Shown here one piece after another: positions 14,415 through 19,325 of a stretch of 19,325 bases of DNA (its first letter is position 1; each line of letters starts with the position of its first letter). Made by a program: the position numbers and the translations under genes. Source of the stretch: Candidatus Fraserbacteria bacterium (GTDB lineage Bacteria; Bipolaricaulota; Bipolaricaulia; RBG-16-55-9); NCBI GenBank assembly GCA_037442925.1, contig JBBIPG010000045.1:1-19325 (forward strand), in the 5' to 3' direction. Under the pieces are notes generated by a model, which saw only the letters and a program-made list of their open reading frames with translations, was not told where the DNA came from and searched no databases.

Positions 14415-15149
14415 GTGGCAGCGACTGTTACGGAGCGCTTACCCTGGTGGCTTTCACCTACACTGGTTGTCATAGGGCTTGGCGGGTTTGTGGTCTACGC
14501 CACTTGGGTGGTGTTGCTCGGTGCGAATTACGAATATACAGAGCAGGGCGCGAATTATCTTTCGCCGTTCTATTCGCCCTTGATTCTCATACCCAATCTC
14601 CCTCTCTCCCCGGCTATTTTGATCATGTGGGTCCCACTGGGCTTTCGCCTCACCTGCTACTATTACCGCAAGGCGTACTATCGCGCGTTCTTCTGGGACC
14701 CTCCGGCCTGTGCCCGAGGTGAGTTGCGAGGTGAAAAGTACAACGGTGAAACAAGATTCCCGTTCATCTTGCAGAATCTTCATCGGTATTTCCTCTACGG
14801 CGCGACTGTTGTCTGGATCTTCTTGGCCGCCGACACCGTTCGAGCATTCATCTTCGACGGTCGCTTCGGCGTGGGTGTGGGCTCACTCTTCTTCTTGATC
14901 AACATTGTGCTCTTGGGGCTCTACACGTTCTCATGCCATTCATTCCGGCATTTGATCGGGGGCAGCATCGACTGCTTCTCCTGCTCCGCAGCCAGTAGGA
15001 TGAGGCATGGGGTCTGGGAACAAGTGAGCGTGCTCAACCGCAATCACATGCTGTGGGCCTGGACCAGTCTCTTCTCAGTCTCTTTGACGGATCTCTATGT
15101 GCGTCTACTGGCCATGGGCGTCATCCCCACGGAACTGAGAATCTTCTGA
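14415..15149 (+). CDS. Succinate dehydrogenase membrane anchor, mycobacterial Sdh1 (Rv0249c-like) type
   Basis: GGAGG RBS; multi-TM protein with YLSPFYSP, GFRLTCYYYRKAYYRAF..PPACA, YxGETRFP.ILQN.HRYF, SCHSFRH and NxxHM motifs. Precedes sdhAB. Confidence 0.88.
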   Translation: MAATVTERLPWWLSPTLVVIGLGGFVVYATWVVLLGANYEYTEQGANYLSPFYSPLILIPNLPLSPAILIMWVPLGFRLTCYYYRKAYYRAFFWDPPACARGELRGEKYNGETRFPFILQNLHRYFLYGATVVWIFLAADTVRAFIFDGRFGVGVGSLFFLINIVLLGLYTFSCHSFRHLIGGSIDCFSCSAASRMRHGVWEQVSVLNRNHMLWAWTSLFSVSLTDLYVRLLAMGVIPTELRIF

Positions 15150-15163
15150 GATAGGAGTTTGCT

Positions 15164-16906
15164 ATGGAGCGCTTCGATACTCGCGAATACGATGTGGTAG
15201 TCATCGGAGCCGGAGGCGCCGGTCTTCGGGCGGCGATCGAGTCCTCCGCACTGGGTGCTAAGACTGCACTAGTCTGCAAGTCGCTACTAGGAAAGGCCCA
15301 CACGGTCATGGCTGAGGGAGGAGTAGCCGCAGCTCTGGGCAACGTGGACCCAGAGGACAACTGGAAGACTCACTTCGTAGACACATTCAAAGCGGGAAAA
15401 TTCTTGAATCACTGGCGCATGGTGGAGATCTTCTGCAAAGAGGCCCCTGAGAGAATTTATGAGCTGGAGCGCTGGGGCGCGCTCTTTGATCGCACCGAGG
15501 ATGGCAAAATTTTGCAGAGGCCCTTCGGTGGTCACACATATCGCCGCCTCTGCCACGTAGGCGACCGGACGGGATTGGAGATGATTCGCATCTTGCAAGA
15601 CCAGGGCATCCATCGAGGCATCGATGTCTTCATGGAGACGACGATCACCCGCCTACTGAAAGACGACAGCGGGAATATCGCGGGTGCCTTTGGCTATGTG
15701 CGCGAGGATGGCCGTTTTGTGCTCTTTCGCACCAAGGCCGTCATTGCGGCCACGGGGGGACTCGGCAAGCTTTACAAGATCACTTCAAACTCGTGGGAGT
15801 GCACGGGAGATGGCTTCGCTCTGGCGTATGAGGCCGGAGCTGATCTTCAAGATATGGAGTTCGTGCAGTTTCACCCGACGGGGATGGTCTGGCCTCCGGG
15901 CGTGAAAGGAGTTCTCGTTACGGAAGCCGTGCGAGGCGAGGGAGGCATTCTCAAGAACAACGCGGGTGAGCGGTTCATGAGGAACTACGACCCGGAGAAG
16001 ATGGAGCTCTCTTCACGAGACATCGTATCTAAAGCTATCTATCAAGAAGTAAAAGCAGGGCGGGGCACGCCGCATGGCGGCGTCTGGCTGGACATCACCC
16101 ATCTCGATGCTGAGAAGATCAAGAAGAAACTGCCCAGCATGTGGGAACAATTCCACAAGCTTGCCGATCTCGATATCACAAAAGAACCTATGGAAGTCGG
16201 CCCAACGACCCACTACATGATGGGAGGCGTGCGGGTTCATCCGGAAACGCAGGCGGCGAGCATCCCTGGACTCTACGCAGCCGGCGAGGTTGCCTGTGGG
16301 CTCCACGGAGCCACGCGCCTGGGTGGCAACTCCCTCTCGGACTTACTCGTCTTTGGCAAGCGTGCCGGAGAGGCGGCCGCGCAGTACGCGCTCTCGCTCA
16401 AGAAGACGCCTGAGCCAGACATGTCACAAGTGGAAAGTGAAGCGAAGCTACTGCTGGCACCTCTGGGACGTGAGAAAGGCGAGAATCCCTACGCTGTGCA
16501 GAACGATCTTCAAGAATTGATGCAAGACAAAGTAGGTATCTGGCGAAATGGAAAAGATCTCCATGAAGCACTGAAGGCATTCCCGAGACTGAGAGAGCGA
16601 GCTCAGAACGTGAGCATCTCCGGCTCTCGCATATACAACCCCGGCTGGCATCTCTGCCGGGATCTTCTACACATGATCGACATCGCGGAGACGATCACAA
16701 AAAGCGCTCTAGAGCGCAAGGAGAGTCGTGGCGCACACACCCGAGACGATTGTCCCGATCCCATCGCCGATCCTTGGGGCAAGGTGAATCTCGTCGTCTT
16801 CCAGGAGAAGGACAAGATGAAGATACGCCACGAACCCGTGCCGCCGATGCCACCGGAACTGACCCAGCTCTTCCAGCAAAAGAAGGAGGCCACCAAGAAT
16901 GCCTGA
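15164..16906 (+). CDS. sdhA: Succinate dehydrogenase/fumarate reductase flavoprotein subunit
   Basis: GAGGAG Rossmann motif, KAHTVMAEGG (covalent FAD His), QFHPTG, TEAVRGEGG, HYMMGG, RLGGNSL, RKESRGAH. Confidence 0.97.
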   Translation: MERFDTREYDVVVIGAGGAGLRAAIESSALGAKTALVCKSLLGKAHTVMAEGGVAAALGNVDPEDNWKTHFVDTFKAGKFLNHWRMVEIFCKEAPERIYELERWGALFDRTEDGKILQRPFGGHTYRRLCHVGDRTGLEMIRILQDQGIHRGIDVFMETTITRLLKDDSGNIAGAFGYVREDGRFVLFRTKAVIAATGGLGKLYKITSNSWECTGDGFALAYEAGADLQDMEFVQFHPTGMVWPPGVKGVLVTEAVRGEGGILKNNAGERFMRNYDPEKMELSSRDIVSKAIYQEVKAGRGTPHGGVWLDITHLDAEKIKKKLPSMWEQFHKLADLDITKEPMEVGPTTHYMMGGVRVHPETQAASIPGLYAAGEVACGLHGATRLGGNSLSDLLVFGKRAGEAAAQYALSLKKTPEPDMSQVESEAKLLLAPLGREKGENPYAVQNDLQELMQDKVGIWRNGKDLHEALKAFPRLRERAQNVSISGSRIYNPGWHLCRDLLHMIDIAETITKSALERKESRGAHTRDDCPDPIADPWGKVNLVVFQEKDKMKIRHEPVPPMPPELTQLFQQKKEATKNA

Positions 16907-17648
16907 GGGAGCTCAGCAGGCAACGGTACGCGTCTGGCGCGGAGATGCCAAAGGGGGGCAATTGGTAGAGTACCACGTCCCCAGCGAGACGGGTATGGTG
17001 GTTCTCGATGCTCTCATTTACATTCAGGCAAACTATGCGCCGGATCTGGCAATTCGTTGGAACTGCAAGGCGGCTCACTGTGGTTCTTGCAGTGCTGAAG
17101 TCAATGGAAAACCTCGCCTGACATGCAAGACGCGCTTGTCGGAGTTCGAGGGAGAGACTATTACGGTTGCACCCATGAAGGCGTTTCCCATCATCAAGGA
17201 CCTCGTAACCAACGTCAAGTGGAATTATGATGTCGCCAAGCAGATCCCGCCGCTCAAGCCCAATACCGACAGCAAAGAACCCTGGATCATGTACCAGCGC
17301 GATGTGGAACGCGCGCAAGAATTCCACAAGTGTATAGAGTGTTTCTTGTGTCAAGACGTCTGCCACGTGCTGCGTACTCACAACAAGATGGCCCAATTTG
17401 CCGGGCCACGTTTCTTAGTGAAGATCGCGGCACTAGAGATGCACCCGCTGGATGCGGGCAACCGCTTGCCATTCATTAGAGAGAAAGCGGGAATTGGCTA
17501 CTGCAACATCACCAAGTGCTGCACGGAGGTCTGCCCGGAGTCGATCACCATTACAGATAACGCCATCATTCCCCTGAAAGAACGTGTGGCCGATCAGTAT
17601 TACGATCCCCTGCGTTGGCTGCTAAGAAGAATCACGGGGCGCCCATAA
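16899..17648 (+). CDS. sdhB: Succinate dehydrogenase/fumarate reductase iron-sulfur subunit
   Basis: CKAAHCGSC...C ([2Fe-2S]), CIECFLCQDVC and CNITKCCTEVCP cluster motifs. Overlaps the sdhA stop. Confidence 0.97.
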   Translation: MPEGAQQATVRVWRGDAKGGQLVEYHVPSETGMVVLDALIYIQANYAPDLAIRWNCKAAHCGSCSAEVNGKPRLTCKTRLSEFEGETITVAPMKAFPIIKDLVTNVKWNYDVAKQIPPLKPNTDSKEPWIMYQRDVERAQEFHKCIECFLCQDVCHVLRTHNKMAQFAGPRFLVKIAALEMHPLDAGNRLPFIREKAGIGYCNITKCCTEVCPESITITDNAIIPLKERVADQYYDPLRWLLRRITGRP

Positions 17649-17669
17649 CAACGGCACGAAGTTTTTGTC

Positions 17670-17867
17670 ATGCCGAAGCTCAATAAGGCACAGAGAGAGC
17701 TATATGCGCAGCGGGTAACAGAGGTTGGCAATCTGGCCATTGCTGCATTGCTCTTGGGGCAAGTGATTGCAGGTGAGTTTCACCTGGACTGGACGTTGTG
17801 GGGCTTGGGCATCTGGGTTGTTTCTTACCTTACTGGTGGTATACTGCTTAGGGATAGGAGCAGGTGA
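17670..17867 (+). CDS. Small 2-TM hypothetical membrane protein
   Basis: 65 aa: basic N-terminus, then GNLAIAALLLGQVI and WGLGIWVVSYLTGGILL hydrophobic segments. Confidence 0.65.
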   Translation: MPKLNKAQRELYAQRVTEVGNLAIAALLLGQVIAGEFHLDWTLWGLGIWVVSYLTGGILLRDRSR

Positions 17868-17868
17868 A

Positions 17869-17985
17869 ATGAATAGCGTAACGATACTTTTGATCTTGTT
17901 ATTTGTAGCCATTGCGGGTTTTGGAATCTTCGTATACCTCAGTGATCGACGCGAATCACAAGAACACCAACATCGTCACCCTTAG
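17869..17985 (+). CDS. 38-aa single-TM micro-protein
   Basis: AGGAG/AGGTG RBS; ATG 1 nt after the upstream stop; MNSVTILLILLFVAIAGFGIFVYL followed by a charged, His-rich tail. Confidence 0.65.
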   Translation: MNSVTILLILLFVAIAGFGIFVYLSDRRESQEHQHRHP

Positions 17986-18026
17986 CGGGTTGATCAATAC
18001 GATTCTCCCACCATCTAAACAGTGAA

Positions 18027-19043
18027 ATGAACAATCCCGTCATCCGGGGGATTCCCCGCGATCTGAAAGAAGCCAAAGAGAACCTACGCCATCGCCTCTT
18101 TCGCCCCGCACAGCGAATCACCCCTCAAGCTCTATCCCTGCGCAAAGCGAAACGGTTTCACCCGGTACCTGACGTGAACCTCGTCGGCCTTGGCATCGGC
18201 GAGAAAGTGACCGCAAAGAAGCGCACCGGCGAGATGTGTGTGAAGATTCTGGTCGCAAAGAAATTCCCCAAAGGCAAGATCAGATCAGCAGATCTCATCC
18301 CGGCAGAGATCGATGGTATACCCACAGATATCGAAGGCGTCGGATATCCAACAAAGTTCGTCATCCATCAACGCAAGAAGCATCGCCCCGTCCCCGGCGG
18401 AGTCTCCGTGGGTCTCGATCTTACCGCAGTCGGCTTTCGTTTCGCCGGAACTCTTGGTGTGATGGTCGCGGACAAGAACAATTCCCAACGCTTGTACGCT
18501 CTGAGCAACAATCACGTCTTAGCCAATGAGAATCGGGTGAACACAGGAGCCGGAGTGGTCCAGCCCGGCACACTCGATGGAGGCAAGAATTCAGATCGAA
18601 TAGCGAGAGTGAGTCGCTATGTTCCCCTGAAGTTCGATAATCGCAGAAACTGGATGGATGCGGCCATCGCAGAATTCGATAAGCCAGAACAAGTGGACCG
18701 GAGCATTCTAGAGATCGGAGCACCCACAGGAATTGCCAACCCCAGCTTGGGTCTATTGGTGCGCAAATCCGGGAGAACAACAGGCTTAACAGAAGGGATC
18801 GTGCGTATCGTCAATTTTGACGTCTTCGATGTGGAGTACGATCAAGGGTTTGTTCGTGTGGATGGCGTGATTGTCATCGAGGGCATTGATAGTCCATTCA
18901 GCAAGCCGGGAGATTCTGGCTCGGCCATTGTGGACTCTAAAGGAAGAGTCGCCGCGCTTCTTTTTGCAGGGAGCGAAAAGGTCACCTTCGCCATCCCGAT
19001 CCGGCGCGTATTACGGCGCTTGGGAGTACGAATTGCCACATAA
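18027..19043 (+). CDS. Trypsin-like (PA clan/S1, Nal1-like) serine protease with N-terminal accessory domain
   Basis: Catalytic triad motifs LSNNHVL, DAAIA and PGDSGS, plus GTLG, VVQPG and KSGRTTG.T.G. No signal peptide. Confidence 0.9.
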   Translation: MNNPVIRGIPRDLKEAKENLRHRLFRPAQRITPQALSLRKAKRFHPVPDVNLVGLGIGEKVTAKKRTGEMCVKILVAKKFPKGKIRSADLIPAEIDGIPTDIEGVGYPTKFVIHQRKKHRPVPGGVSVGLDLTAVGFRFAGTLGVMVADKNNSQRLYALSNNHVLANENRVNTGAGVVQPGTLDGGKNSDRIARVSRYVPLKFDNRRNWMDAAIAEFDKPEQVDRSILEIGAPTGIANPSLGLLVRKSGRTTGLTEGIVRIVNFDVFDVEYDQGFVRVDGVIVIEGIDSPFSKPGDSGSAIVDSKGRVAALLFAGSEKVTFAIPIRRVLRRLGVRIAT

Positions 19044-19059
19044 GCGATTAAGAACATAC

Positions 19060-19290
19060 ATGACAAAACGCATGCCATCTCAAGCGGAAAAGGCCAAACG
19101 GATGGTCGTTGAACTTCTGAAAGATGAACCAGGCTTTGTGGGTGCTGGAATATCTAGGGGGACGTCAGGGCACCATGAGATCATCGTGCTGGTGAAGGAC
19201 AAAAGCAGCCCCGTCTTAGAAAAAGCACCCGGAGAATGCGAAGGGATCCCGGTACGCATCCAGATCGCCGGGGCCCCAAAAAAATTCTGA
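19060..19290 (+). CDS. Stand-alone homolog of the protease N-terminal domain
   Basis: 76 aa. FVGAGI...G...IIVLV...PGECEGIPVRIQIAGAPKKF aligns with LVGLGI...G...VKILV...PAEIDGIPTDIEGVGYPTKF in 18027-19043. Confidence 0.8.
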   Translation: MTKRMPSQAEKAKRMVVELLKDEPGFVGAGISRGTSGHHEIIVLVKDKSSPVLEKAPGECEGIPVRIQIAGAPKKF

Positions 19291-19325
19291 TGTAGGCTTT
19301 TGAGCCTGACCCTGTCTTGACAGCC

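Noticed and set aside
12730..17396. Long opposite-strand or alternate-frame ORFs over pyk, sdhA and sdhB (e.g. 12730-13482, 13714-14298, 16695-17396)
   Set aside because: Shadow frames of well-conserved genes in GC-rich DNA, with no recognisable motifs.

Overview
Bacterial chromosomal window from a probable diderm (it encodes a beta-barrel outer-membrane protein); the lineage cannot be fixed from sequence alone. The core genes are xseA, pyk-arcC, an actinobacterial Sdh1-like succinate dehydrogenase operon, and three tRNAs (Asn-GTT, Ser-GGA and an unusual Arg-GCG). Accessory material is dense: a GNAT gene followed by an integron attC site, hicBA, an amber-interrupted yggL, an integrase stub, a NYN/PIN nuclease with a structured leader RNA, an orphan hicB, a RelE/HTH toxin-antitoxin pair, and a Nal1-like trypsin protease followed by a free-standing copy of its own N-terminal domain. 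The most striking element is an 8-gene minus-strand operon (7194-10683). It holds two precursors ending in hydrophobic cores with mirror-symmetric cysteine spacing (one a Tat lipoprotein with halocin C8-like architecture, one apparently 5'-truncated), each followed by small, partly paralogous membrane proteins. It is driven by a TTGACA-17-TATCCT promoter that fires directly into an 11-unit TTACC microsatellite. I infer a polymorphic disulfide-hairpin bacteriocin/immunity locus with a repeat-tunable leader. All family assignments come from motif recognition by eye, not from database searches.
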